From positions 1,620,001-1,652,000 of the forward strand of contig NC_006138.1 of NCBI RefSeq assembly GCF_000025945.1: 32,000 nt of DNA, in the 5' to 3' direction. The notes beneath the pieces are model-generated. The model made no database searches. It saw nothing but the letters and a program-made list of their open reading frames with translations, and was not told the DNA's origin. Shown piece by piece: positions 1 to 9,174 of this stretch; positions within the stretch are counted from its first letter, which is position 1, and the number at the start of each line of letters is the position of its first letter. Both the position numbers and the translations under genes were made by a program. This stretch comes from Desulfotalea psychrophila LSv54 (lineage in GTDB: Bacteria; Desulfobacterota; Desulfobulbia; Desulfobulbales; Desulfocapsaceae).

Positions 1-423
1 GCTGTGCCGCCTCTGCGTGATCGACTTGGCGATGTGCCTCTGCTGGCCCGATACTTTGCCGAGAAGTTTGCTGGCAAAAATGGCAGGACCCTTAATGCCA
101 TCACCCCCCTCTGTCTGGAGGTTTTACAGGTCTACCGCTGGCCGGGTAATGTCCGGGAGTTGGAGAATGCCATTGAGCGGGGAATTATCATGATGCGTGG
201 CGATCAGCTCACCGAACAGACCCTGCCCCTCTCCCTGCAAAAACAGAAGGAGCAGACCCAGCATGCCAGAATGAGGGGCCGCTCACTCTTTGAGGCAGAG
301 AAAATACTCATCGAGCAGACAATGCAGGAGACCGAGGGCAATAAGAGTGAGGCGTCCAGAAGGCTTGGCATCACCCGTAAGACCCTGCAGAACAAACTCA
401 ATAAGTATTTGGCATCTCAGTAG
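1..423 (+). CDS. Sigma-54-dependent response regulator, C-terminal part (AAA+ end and Fis-type HTH), truncated at window start
   Basis: Translation has PPLRDRLGDVPLLARYF...YRWPGNVRELENAIERG, typical of NtrC-family AAA+ domains, then a Fis-like HTH (EGNKSEASRRLGITRKTLQNKL). Confidence 0.9.
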   Translation, partial: AVPPLRDRLGDVPLLARYFAEKFAGKNGRTLNAITPLCLEVLQVYRWPGNVRELENAIERGIIMMRGDQLTEQTLPLSLQKQKEQTQHARMRGRSLFEAEKILIEQTMQETEGNKSEASRRLGITRKTLQNKLNKYLASQ

Positions 424-494
424 GCAGGGCAGGGGCCGGTGAGCTATGGGTTCTAGCCAGCTTGCCTTTAAGGAAAAAACAGTGGGGGGAAGAT

Positions 495-1799
495 ATGAGA
501 ACTGATATTGTTCACATAGGTGCGGGTGAGCTCACCTATGAAATTAGAAATATTGTGGAGGTTGGTCAGCGTCTGCAACGACTTGGGGTGGAGGTCAATT
601 GGGAAAATATCGGTGATCCCATCGCCAAGGGAGAGGAGGTTCCGTCCTGGATGAAGGCTCTTGTGGCCGAGGCCGTGCAGGATGATGCCAGCTATGGCTA
701 CTCTCCCACCAAGGGTGTGCTGGCAACCCGTCGGTTTATCGCCGCAGAGACCAATAAGAAGGGTGCTGTTCAGATTAGCGCCGAGGATATTATCTTTTTT
801 AATGGACTTGGTGATGCGATTTCAAAGATATTTGGTTTTCTCAAGCGCACTGCCCGGGTGCTGGTGCCGACCCCGAGCTATACCACTCACTCTTCGGCCG
901 AGGCCGCCCATTCCGGTGATAAACCTCTGACCTATAAGCTTGACCCTCATAATGACTGGTATCCCGACATTGCCGATATAGAGCGGCGGGTGAAGTATAA
1001 TCCCATGGTGGCCGGAATTCTGATCATCAACCCCGATAATCCCACTGGTGCTGTTTATCCGGTGGAGATCCTTAGGGCCATTGTTGATATTGCCCGTCGC
1101 TATGACCTGTTTCTGATCTGTGACGAGGTCTATCAAAACATCATCTATAACGGTAAAAAAACGGCAAGCCTTGCCGAGGTTATCGGCGAGGTGCCCGGCT
1201 TTGCCATGCGCGGTGCCTCAAAGGAGATGCCCTGGCCGGGTGCCCGCTGTGGCTGGATAGAGGTCTATAATGCCGATCGCGATCCCATGTTTCAGCGCTA
1301 TATCGATTCGATCTTCAACGCCAAGATGCTTGAGGTCTGCTCGACCACCCTGCCCCAGATTGTCTACCCCAGGGTGGTAACCCATGCCGAATACCCTGGC
1401 TATCTGCAGAGTCGGATAGCGCGTTATCAGAGATTTTCCAAAATTGCCTACGATTGCTTAAAAGATATCGAAGGTATCCTGGTCAATCAGGCAAATGGCG
1501 CATTTTATATGAGTGTCTGTTTTGAGGACGGTGTTCTTAACAGCGGCCAGAGCCTGGCTATTGCCAGAGATGAGGTCCGGACCATGGTCGAAGATCTGGT
1601 CTTCTCTGCCGATACTGCCCTTGATAAGAGGTTTGTCTACTATCTGTTGGGCGCCACCGGTGTCTGTGTGGTCCCTCTGACCTCCTTTGCCTCGGATATC
1701 AACGGCTTTCGAGTGACCCTGCTTGAACGCGACGAGGCCGAGTTCATCCGTATTTTTACGGTCATAGCCGCCGCAATCAGAACCTATTTAAAAAGTTAG
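495..1799 (+). CDS. Pyridoxal-phosphate-dependent aminotransferase, class I/II
   Basis: ORF with IINPDNPTGAVYP, LFLICDEVYQNIIY and GASKEMPWPGARCGWIE motifs. The likely start is the ATG at 495 rather than the track start at 462. Confidence 0.9.
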   Translation: MRTDIVHIGAGELTYEIRNIVEVGQRLQRLGVEVNWENIGDPIAKGEEVPSWMKALVAEAVQDDASYGYSPTKGVLATRRFIAAETNKKGAVQISAEDIIFFNGLGDAISKIFGFLKRTARVLVPTPSYTTHSSAEAAHSGDKPLTYKLDPHNDWYPDIADIERRVKYNPMVAGILIINPDNPTGAVYPVEILRAIVDIARRYDLFLICDEVYQNIIYNGKKTASLAEVIGEVPGFAMRGASKEMPWPGARCGWIEVYNADRDPMFQRYIDSIFNAKMLEVCSTTLPQIVYPRVVTHAEYPGYLQSRIARYQRFSKIAYDCLKDIEGILVNQANGAFYMSVCFEDGVLNSGQSLAIARDEVRTMVEDLVFSADTALDKRFVYYLLGATGVCVVPLTSFASDINGFRVTLLERDEAEFIRIFTVIAAAIRTYLKS

Positions 1800-2132
1800 A
1801 TGTTGGAGGGTGGATGGATAGGCAAAGGTTAAGCTGTGCGCAGAGTTTTGCCAGGAGCTACTCCTCACCTTGGCGAGGGGAGGATGGGTGGGGTGCGTGG
1901 CTTTTTCTTGATGTTGTTTTCTTTCAGCTCTTTTGCCTAAAACTTCCCCTCAAAGAGGTGGAGGTGACGTAGTACAGCATAATATTTAAAATTTCGGGTT
2001 AAGCTGTTTTAGCTATATATGTTTGTTATTCAGTATTTTCTTTTACTCAAATGCGAATCAGTAGTGTGGCTTGACCATACGACGAAAGAAAGAGCCCCGC
2101 CACTCCGGCCCTCTGGGCACCCTGCGCTCCTC

Positions 2133-2196
2133 AAAATTTGCGGGAGTTTGAAACTCGCTACGCTCAAACAGGTCAAACTCCTTTATCGCAAATTTT
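2133..2196. repeat. Imperfect inverted repeat (bulged hairpin) in a long intergenic region
   Basis: AAAATTTGCG (2133-2142) pairs with CGCAAATTTT (2187-2196). GGAGTTTGA (2143-2151) pairs with TCAAACTCC (2173-2181). A 5-nt bulge (2182-2186) separates the two stems. Confidence 0.6.
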
Positions 2197-2773
2197 TTCG
2201 GTGCTCAGCTCCGTGTCAACGGGGATAGCCCAGGCAAGGTCCATTTTTGAAATGAGAACGGATGGCCCCATTCCAGCCAGTAAATTTTTTTTTCCGGTCT
2301 TAAAGTTGTTTATTTGTGTCTCCGTGCTTGACTATTCCTCTCCCCTCCTTTTGGAAAAACTGTGTCTTTTGCAGTAGCTATGGGGGAGAACCCTGTCCTG
2401 CACCCTTGCTTTTTCTCGCATCTGTTTTTTTGTCCTTTAACTTAAGGAATCCTTTCTCTGTGTTCTCGGTTCCAGTGGTTAGCCGCTTTTTTTGGCTGAC
2501 AGCGATAGCTCGCCATTCCGCTGCGCTCCACTGCTACAACTGACAGCTTGTAGTCACCTTGGCGAGGGGAGGTGTGCTGTGCTGTGCTTAATTTTTTCCA
2601 CAGTAGATCGGGGGGAGCTTCGATCTGTGCCTCAATGTAAGGCATCTCTTTTAGGTTTTTCATTCAAGCTGTTCTGTGCTCTCCAAGCAGTTGTGAACGC
2701 TTTTTCGTCGCGTCGCCACAGACCAGCCCATTTTGGGTGAAAAAAATGCTTTCGCCTCAAGGGGAGAGAGGGA

Positions 2774-4483
2774 CTACTCCTTTTCTGTGAAAAGCTGTCC
2801 ATTTTCTATACGCATTTGCTTTTGCGGGAAGAGGTAGTTATTCTCGGCAGCTATGTACTTCGCATAATCTTCTTGCTTGAGTGCCAGCAGGGCCCCGGCG
2901 TACATCTTATAAAAAACAGGACGTGGTTCGTATTTGATCCAGTCTCTCATGTAGCTAAGAAACTGATTAAGATCCTCTTTGTTTCCTGTGCTTATGGCAA
3001 CGTTATAGCGCATAATCAGGTTATAGCTTGTGAGCATGTCGGATAAGCCAATGGGGTTGATGACTTGTGAGAATAGAGTTGTTGCTTTTGTTTTGTCGAA
3101 TTTTCTAACGAGATAAAGTGTGTGTAGGTTTGTGAGCATAAATAGCATGGTGCATACCACGAGTATCGGTGTTAATGCTCGTAAAGCAAAGGTATATTCG
3201 ACAGCGAAACTATACTCTTTACTGTGGTCCGTAAGCCATATGAGAAAGATAAATAATATCCAGGGACTTGCCGCATGATAAAAGGGGAGCTCAAGCATAC
3301 AGTGGATGGCCAGTGGGGCGAAAAGTGCAAGGAATATTAGCTTTTGTTTGCTTTTGCGGAGTTGCCAGAAGAAATAGGCCATTAGCAAAAAGATACCGAC
3401 AACAGAGACCAAGCCACCCTCTACTGCCCAGTAAAGTAATTCGTTGTGGGGATGTTCCAGTTTGTCTGGTCCGAGGGCGATGTTTTGATCTTCTGTGTAT
3501 GCCTTTGCCTGGTGGTTTAAGTAAGACCATTCAAAATTACCGTAGCCCCAGCCAAGAACGGGGTGTTCAGTAACCATTTTGAAGCTACGCGTATAGATGG
3601 CCTTTCGTATGCCCATTGACGAGACCTGTTCGAGACTCCTTCCATCTGTTTTGGAGAGCTGGATAGATGCCATACCTAAGAGGATTCCTGAAATCATCAG
3701 GCCTAGCCAGATATTACGTAATTTAAGTTGGCTTTTAAAGCTGCTATAGCTGCCCAGATATCCCAAAATCATAACCACACCAAGACCAAGGGTCCCGGCC
3801 CGCGATTGGGTAAGCATAACGGCAAGAGGGCAAATTAATGAACAGGCTAATAATGTTATTTTTAAGTAGCTGTTGCAGGAGTCCTGTCTGCTCTGCTGGA
3901 GCAGGAGGTAGAGGGATAGGGCCACGCCCGTTGCCATAAATGATGCGGCAACATTTACCTGTTGGAAGACACCATATGGGCGGTACTCAATATTGTAGTT
4001 AAGCCAGTTGTTTTCTGTAAGGAGGAAGAATTGGCCCAGGATAAAAATAGCCTCAATGGCAATGCCAAAGAGCACTATATAGCTGAGTTTGAACATTGCT
4101 CCAGACGTTTTGGGTACCTGCTGTAGGGCTATAAAGAACAGTAACCCGGCAACGAGTCCAAGGCCCCGACCTGCACTTTCAGCTGTAAGGAGCTCGTCGG
4201 CAAACCAATTTTCCGGGTAGAGATAGGGGAGGCTCATCAGGCAAACTGAAGCAATAAAGAACCAGGTCGTTTTGCTAAGGGTGAGTTCTTTTTGTTGGAT
4301 GATCCGGTAGCAGCAGCTTGCAATTAATAGGGCAACGAAACACCATGTCATATTGCTAGATGGTATTTCAAGACCTGATCCGCCGCTATTATATTGAAAA
4401 TAATGGATAGCGCCTAGCCACAGGCAAGCCCAAAAAAAAACGAAATATTTTGAAATTGGAGTGAATTCTTTAGTCATGGTCAT
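2774..4483 (-). CDS. Multi-pass membrane protein, O-antigen ligase/Wzy_C family, possible pilin O-oligosaccharyltransferase (PglL/PilO-like)
   Basis: 569 aa with many hydrophobic helices and Wzy_C-type motifs (TQSRAGTLGLG, HPVLGWGYGNFEWSYLNHQ, HPHNELLYWAVEGGLVSVVG). It sits directly downstream of a pilin gene. Confidence 0.8.
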   Translation of the reverse strand: MTMTKEFTPISKYFVFFWACLWLGAIHYFQYNSGGSGLEIPSSNMTWCFVALLIASCCYRIIQQKELTLSKTTWFFIASVCLMSLPYLYPENWFADELLTAESAGRGLGLVAGLLFFIALQQVPKTSGAMFKLSYIVLFGIAIEAIFILGQFFLLTENNWLNYNIEYRPYGVFQQVNVAASFMATGVALSLYLLLQQSRQDSCNSYLKITLLACSLICPLAVMLTQSRAGTLGLGVVMILGYLGSYSSFKSQLKLRNIWLGLMISGILLGMASIQLSKTDGRSLEQVSSMGIRKAIYTRSFKMVTEHPVLGWGYGNFEWSYLNHQAKAYTEDQNIALGPDKLEHPHNELLYWAVEGGLVSVVGIFLLMAYFFWQLRKSKQKLIFLALFAPLAIHCMLELPFYHAASPWILFIFLIWLTDHSKEYSFAVEYTFALRALTPILVVCTMLFMLTNLHTLYLVRKFDKTKATTLFSQVINPIGLSDMLTSYNLIMRYNVAISTGNKEDLNQFLSYMRDWIKYEPRPVFYKMYAGALLALKQEDYAKYIAAENNYLFPQKQMRIENGQLFTEKE

Positions 4484-4672
4484 TTTTTTGGAAAGGAGAG
4501 GCTTTGGCTGGGTAAGGTGTGTGGGATAATTAGCTCACAGCTTCTCCAGTGAGAGTAGGATTTGTAGCAGCCTTGTTAGATATTGGTCTTATCTGTCTTT
4601 GGAGTATTGTTAATATGTTACTTCTTTTGCGGGATGGCTGTTAGGGTAATTGTTTGATTAGGGGAGGGGGCC

Positions 4673-4707
4673 AATAGAAGTTAGTTCGAAGAGAACTAAC
4701 TTCTATT
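4673..4707 (-). terminator. Strong hairpin after pilin gene 1, candidate terminator or attenuator
   Basis: Perfect 15-bp stem AATAGAAGTTAGTTC / GAACTAACTTCTATT with a GAAGA loop, 12 nt beyond the pilin stop. There is no long U tract in the minus direction. Confidence 0.55.
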
Positions 4708-4719
4708 CTTTATTAATTA

Positions 4720-5148
4720 TTAACGACAGTTTGCTGGGACATAATTATCCATGTCGGTGCCTGTGTTTGTACATGTCCAAGTTAAGCCAGCTCCTGTTGT
4801 TGATAATGATGGAGTGAGAACAATAGTGGCATCAAGTAGAACTGGAGCCTTAAAGGTAACAGTAATAACTCCACTGGCTCCTATTCCGAGTGATTTAACG
4901 ATGTCTGTATCGACAGTAGAGATACCTGCCTCAGCCAGACTTGTTGGCAAAACATTTTGAGATTGATAGTACTCGCTAACCGCTGTCTTGGCAGCACCGG
5001 CCATATTGAGGCCCTCTGTTACCTTGGCCCGTTTAGTGTAGTTCTGATACTGAGGAATAGCTACAGCTGCCAAAATTCCGATGATTGCCACAACGATCAT
5101 CAGCTCGATAAGTGTAAAGCCCTGTTGGTTCTTGAGTGCCTTTTTCAT
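4720..5148 (-). CDS. pilA: Type IV major pilin (PilA-like)
   Basis: [43 protein letters not shown] prepilin N-terminus with G|F cleavage site and E5. 142 aa with a C-terminal Cys pair. Confidence 0.93.
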   Translation of the reverse strand: MKKALKNQQGFTLIELMIVVAIIGILAAVAIPQYQNYTKRAKVTEGLNMAGAAKTAVSEYYQSQNVLPTSLAEAGISTVDTDIVKSLGIGASGVITVTFKAPVLLDATIVLTPSLSTTGAGLTWTCTNTGTDMDNYVPANCR

Positions 5149-5150
5149 TT
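5041..5150 (-). repeat. Copy 1 of about 110-bp direct repeat covering the 5' ends of the two pilin genes
   Basis: About 6 mismatches to 6295..6404 by manual alignment. Confidence 0.85.
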
Positions 5151-5174
5151 GTCTCTCCTATGACATTGATTGAT

Positions 5175-5184
5175 GGGGGGGGGG
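5175..5184. repeat. G10 homopolymer (C10 on the pilin coding strand), 26 nt upstream of the pilin start codon
   Basis: Read directly as tgat-gggggggggg-aattga. Confidence 0.9.
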
Positions 5185-5946
5185 AATTGAACTGGCCTTA
5201 AACATTCACCAGGCCATGAGTTTGCGACCCTAGGAAAATGTTATCACAGGCATCTAGGTGATATCAATGTTTATGCCCCACTTCGGGGAGAATGTTTTCA
5301 CCTCCGGGAGGAGGAACCACCCCGATTTGTCTGGAGCAGTTTATTTCTATGGGGTCTTGTCTTTTTGCGATGAATCAATGGTCTGGACAGGCTTTGGAAC
5401 TGTCTTGTCGCTGGCTGACCTGTGCTGTTGGGGCGACGGATATGGGCAATGAGGGCGTAGATGATGGAGATAGTAGACCGGCGTAACTGGAAGGCAAAAA
5501 GAGTCATAGAGATTTGTGATAGGGGATGTGTTGGGATGATCTGGGCTGGCAGAGGCAGATGGTAAAGAGGGTAATAACTAGCTTGTATTTGGCCGGATGT
5601 GCCGGGTTGAAAAATGGGGATAAAGCGATCGTTAGAAAGAGTACGAGAAGGGTAGAAAGGACAGGGGTATTTGCCGTCTCTTTCCCAGATGGAATCTATC
5701 CAGCTAGCTGTGTTTATCTTTTCCTAAGATACTATTGGTTGAGTAAATTTTTAATTATCACAGGAAAATATTGTTCAGTGGCAGTTGTTTCTTACTAAAA
5801 GCCCCAGTCTGTAAAAAGTCGCAATTTGATATATTACTCTTTTCAACTATACCTATCCAGGACATAAAACAACCGCCCCAGTTTTATCCAGGACGGCTTT
5901 TGGGCTTTGGCGATTATTTTACGTTACAAATAGTATGGAAAATAAT

Positions 5947-6402
5947 CTATATATTATTTTTTATAATTGCAGCCAAAGCAGCACTCTGTGTTACCGTAGT
6001 TGTGTTATTCCATGTGATAGTAGTGGTGCCAATAGTCGGCGTAAGGGTGATTACCAGGTCATCTACACCGGTGCCTATGCCATCTTCTAATGTGAGGGTT
6101 ATTATGCCAGCAGCTACTGTACCCGTAAGCGCTTCTTTAGTTGGTGTAAAGGCAGGGATCTCGGTAACAGTGTCTGCGGTGGTGGTGTTGCAGGTAGTTA
6201 GTATACCACCAGCTTCCTGCGCACAAACGGCAACAGCCGTTTTCAAGCTGTCGACAGAAGTGAGTGCATTTCCGACTTTGGCTTTAATAGTATAGTTTTG
6301 ATACTGAGGAATAGCCACGGCTGCCAAAATTCCGATGATTGCCACAACGATCATCAGCTCGATAAGGGTGAAACCCTGTTGGTTCTTGAGTGCCTTTTTC
6401 AT
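5947..6402 (-). CDS. pilA: Type IV major pilin, second copy
   Basis: First 30 aa or so identical to the 4720..5148 product ([38 protein letters not shown]), divergent C-terminus; 151 aa. Confidence 0.92.
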   Translation of the reverse strand: MKKALKNQQGFTLIELMIVVAIIGILAAVAIPQYQNYTIKAKVGNALTSVDSLKTAVAVCAQEAGGILTTCNTTTADTVTEIPAFTPTKEALTGTVAAGIITLTLEDGIGTGVDDLVITLTPTIGTTTITWNNTTTVTQSAALAAIIKNNI

Positions 6403-6404
6403 TT
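6295..6404 (-). repeat. Copy 2 of about 110-bp direct repeat at pilin 5' ends
   Basis: Near-identical to 5041..5150. Confidence 0.85.
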
Positions 6405-6454
6405 TTTCTCCTTGTTATGATGCTAGAATGTTGGAACTCTGTTTCCCCTTAACT

Positions 6455-6471
6455 AGCAGTTTATATGCCAA
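6455..6471 (-). promoter_or_regulatory. Candidate sigma-54 (-24/-12) promoter for the second pilin gene
   Basis: Minus strand reads TTGGCATATAAACTGCT, with GG-N10-GC spacing and a close match to TTGGCACRNNNNTTGCW, about 53 nt upstream of the ATG. Confidence 0.65.
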
Positions 6472-7054
6472 TTTCCATTTGTCCCTAAAATTTGTTGTAT
6501 TCGCCTTTTTAATAGGGCTGTTCTCTCTGGTAAATGATCAAGGCCTGCGCCCTCCTGTCAGGGGCGGCGTAGTCTACCTCGTGCCAGTCCCTATCCTGCC
6601 CTGTACCTCCACCAGAAAAAAACATAATTCTTTGAGGTTTGGGTCTTATCTGTTCATGTGGATGGGGAGATGGGGCTGGGCCTCTGGGCAGGCAAGTGAG
6701 TCTTTGATTGTTAGGTTGTTAGGTGTTCAGGCATAACAGGAGCATGTTATAAGAAAATAGGGATGATAATAAGGGCTAAGGCCTTTTTAGACCCTTTCTG
6801 TTTTTATCATCGCCTGTTTCTGTCTGTGGTGACCTTTATTGTCAGCTGGGGTGACGTTTTTTGTCACCTCAGCTCTTGTCGAGGCACAGGAGTTCTTTTG
6901 TGAGCTTTTTTTCTGGTGAGCTGTGACTGTTATAGTGACATAATTGTGATTATATTATTGCGTATTGCGCTGATTAATTGTTATTAATGGCACTATTTTG
7001 TTTTGTCATCTTACAATATGGTGAATTTTATTGAACTGTGGAGGGGGAGAGAGA

Positions 7055-7441
7055 GTGCAAAACAGAAAGAGAGATGGCTTCACCCTTATTGAGGTGATGA
7101 TCGTGGTGGCAATTATTGGCATACTGGCGGCCATTGCCATTCCCAGTTATAGAAGCTTTATCACGAGGGCTCGTTGCCAAGAGGTGGTGGCCCCGGTCCA
7201 TGACGTTATGGTGAGATTGGTAGGAGGCTATGCCGAGGATAATTCTACCCCTAAAGAAGATTTTAAGGCATCTCATACCATCAATGGAGTTCTCCTTAAC
7301 TATCCCGCAAATGTTCAGATAAGTTTTAAATCTGACGCTGCAGGTGCTTTTGCCGTGCAGGGTAAGAGAACGAATCCTGCCTGCTCAGATGGTGACGGTA
7401 TCTATGTTTTGCTAGAAGGACAGACCCAAGGAGTATGGTAA
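7055..7441 (+). CDS. Type IV pilin-like minor pilin
   Basis: GTG start at 7055 after GAGGGGGAG; [39 protein letters not shown]. Confidence 0.85.
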   Translation: MQNRKRDGFTLIEVMIVVAIIGILAAIAIPSYRSFITRARCQEVVAPVHDVMVRLVGGYAEDNSTPKEDFKASHTINGVLLNYPANVQISFKSDAAGAFAVQGKRTNPACSDGDGIYVLLEGQTQGVW

Positions 7442-7444
7442 GAG

Positions 7445-8005
7445 TTGATTATAACAGTGAAAAATAGTGGTGGGTTCACCTTGATTGAACTGGTTGCGGT
7501 AATGATTATTATCTCCGTTTTGGCCATGTTTGCCATTCCCAGCGTTATGGAGGCCCTACCCAATTATCGTCTGAAATCTGCCGTCAACGAGCTTCGGGCT
7601 AGCCTGCAACAGGCCCGAGGAGTGGCGGTGCGTGAAAATGGTTCGGTGGCTTTTTCCGTGGGGCCCATGGATCTTTCAGAAGACGGCATGGATTTTTCTT
7701 TTATAGAGAACGAGGGGCCTAAAAAGCATGGGGCTGATTTTGCTAACTATGGCTCGACGGGGTATGGCCTTGCTCAGGTGAAAAAGGATTGGGATGGTAA
7801 TATTGCGGTTCAGGTCTCTTTACCTCACACTATCACTTTCACCAGTAGGGGCACGGCTGATCCTGCCACAGTATATCTGGATAACGGTTTTGGCCAAGAG
7901 AAGAACAATCTCTGTTATGCGGTGGAGGTTCTGACAACGGGCTTTATCAGGGTGCATAAGTATGTTCCCTGTCCTGCGGCCGACAAAACCTGTTGGGCGA
8001 AATAG
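7445..8005 (+). CDS. GspH/FimT-family pseudopilin
   Basis: GGFTLIELVAVMIIISVLAMFAIPSV, then NELRASLQQARGVAVRENGSV, typical of FimT/GspH. Confidence 0.85.
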   Translation: MIITVKNSGGFTLIELVAVMIIISVLAMFAIPSVMEALPNYRLKSAVNELRASLQQARGVAVRENGSVAFSVGPMDLSEDGMDFSFIENEGPKKHGADFANYGSTGYGLAQVKKDWDGNIAVQVSLPHTITFTSRGTADPATVYLDNGFGQEKNNLCYAVEVLTTGFIRVHKYVPCPAADKTCWAK

Positions 8006-8008
8006 TCT

Positions 8009-8698
8009 ATGCTAAGCAATAAAAGAGGATTGACCCTGGTCGAATTGATGGTGGTGCTGGTACTTTCCATGATTGTCACTGGCCTAATGTACAGCCTCTA
8101 CAGGGTACAGACAGTCTCTGCCGAGGTGCAGACCAATATTGCTGAAATGCAGCAGGCGCTTCGTACCTCCGTTGACAGCCTAAGCCGTGAACTGCGGATG
8201 GTTGGCTATGATCCAACTGCTCAAGGTGGCTTTGGTGTAAAGGCCGTTTCCGAGGTGAATGGCGTGTCACTAGGGACTGGAAATTACATAGATAAGGCTG
8301 CAATGGATAAGGCGAAGAGGACAGATACTCTTCGTTTTCTCACTTATAGCTACGCTGATAGCCTTGGCAATGACAGGATTGAGCTTTATGACAAAGATGA
8401 TGGAGTATTTAAACTACATCTCATCGATGCTGGTGCAGCCGTCATTGAAGAGGTGGAGTATTTAGAGTTGTACTACCGTCTTGCCGATGGAACTAAAACC
8501 CTGACACCTACGAATTTAGCTCATATCCGTGCTGTGGAGGTCTCCCTGCTTGTTCGCTCCTCTCGACAATCGTCAGACTATATCAATACTACTGAGTATA
8601 TAACGGCATCCGGTGAAGAATGGAAACCTTCTGGCGACGACCGCTATCGACGTAGATTTGTACGAAAAATAATAAAGTTGCGCAATATGGGCCTCTAG
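8009..8698 (+). CDS. PilW-like minor pilin
   Basis: RGLTLVELMVVLVLSMIVTGLMYSLYRVQTVSAEVQTNIAEMQQALRTSVDSLSRELRMVGYDP. Confidence 0.85.
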   Translation: MLSNKRGLTLVELMVVLVLSMIVTGLMYSLYRVQTVSAEVQTNIAEMQQALRTSVDSLSRELRMVGYDPTAQGGFGVKAVSEVNGVSLGTGNYIDKAAMDKAKRTDTLRFLTYSYADSLGNDRIELYDKDDGVFKLHLIDAGAAVIEEVEYLELYYRLADGTKTLTPTNLAHIRAVEVSLLVRSSRQSSDYINTTEYITASGEEWKPSGDDRYRRRFVRKIIKLRNMGL

Positions 8699-8706
8699 GA
8701 GGGAAT

Positions 8707-9174
8707 ATGAGATTATTAAATGAGCAGTCTGGCTTTACCCTCATTGAGGTCCTGATGGCGATTCTGATACTCTCCGTTGGCCTTATCTCTTTGAACTTTA
8801 TGCAGGTGAGTTCCGTCAAGGGCAATGCCGATGCCATTGGCCTCTCTACCATGTCCTGGCTTGCCTCCAGTGAGATTGAAGGGCTGATGGATGAGGGCTA
8901 TACTGCCGTGGTTGCTTTGGATAAGGGAGGGGCGGGGGCCGGTGCTGCTGGTCTGGATGATGGTCCTTCTTTAGTCGATTCAGATGTCTCTGCAGCGACT
9001 GCGGATAGGACGGATACTAAAACTCATTCTGGTTACAGCATTTATACGAATGTTGCCGATAATTCCCCGGTCAATGGGGCGGTGGCCATTCGGGTGATTG
9101 TGGTTCGTGCCCGTGATAATAAGTTCGTAAAGTATGATTCCTTTATGACTGATTTTGTCAAAGGAGGGCAGTGA
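8707..9174 (+). CDS. PilV-like minor pilin
   Basis: SGFTLIEVLMAILILSVGLISLNFMQVSSVKGNADAIGLSTMSWLASSEIEGLMD. Confidence 0.85.
   Translation: MRLLNEQSGFTLIEVLMAILILSVGLISLNFMQVSSVKGNADAIGLSTMSWLASSEIEGLMDEGYTAVVALDKGGAGAGAAGLDDGPSLVDSDVSAATADRTDTKTHSGYSIYTNVADNSPVNGAVAIRVIVVRARDNKFVKYDSFMTDFVKGGQ

Noticed and set aside
2019-2740. Short ORFs in the intergenic region
   Set aside because: Overlapping in several frames on both strands, with low-quality composition and no motifs.
2816-3573. Plus-strand ORFs antisense to the oligosaccharyltransferase gene
   Set aside because: They overlap a convincing membrane-protein gene, with no homology signal in the translations.
5771-6295. 174-aa plus-strand ORF antisense to the second pilin
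   Set aside because: Val-rich translation is the complement of a well-supported pilin gene.
6996-7018. Possible sigma-54 promoter (ATGGCACTATTTTGTTTTG) upstream of the plus-strand minor-pilin operon
   Set aside because: It has a good -24-like TGGCAC, but the -12 GC is missing at the required spacing.
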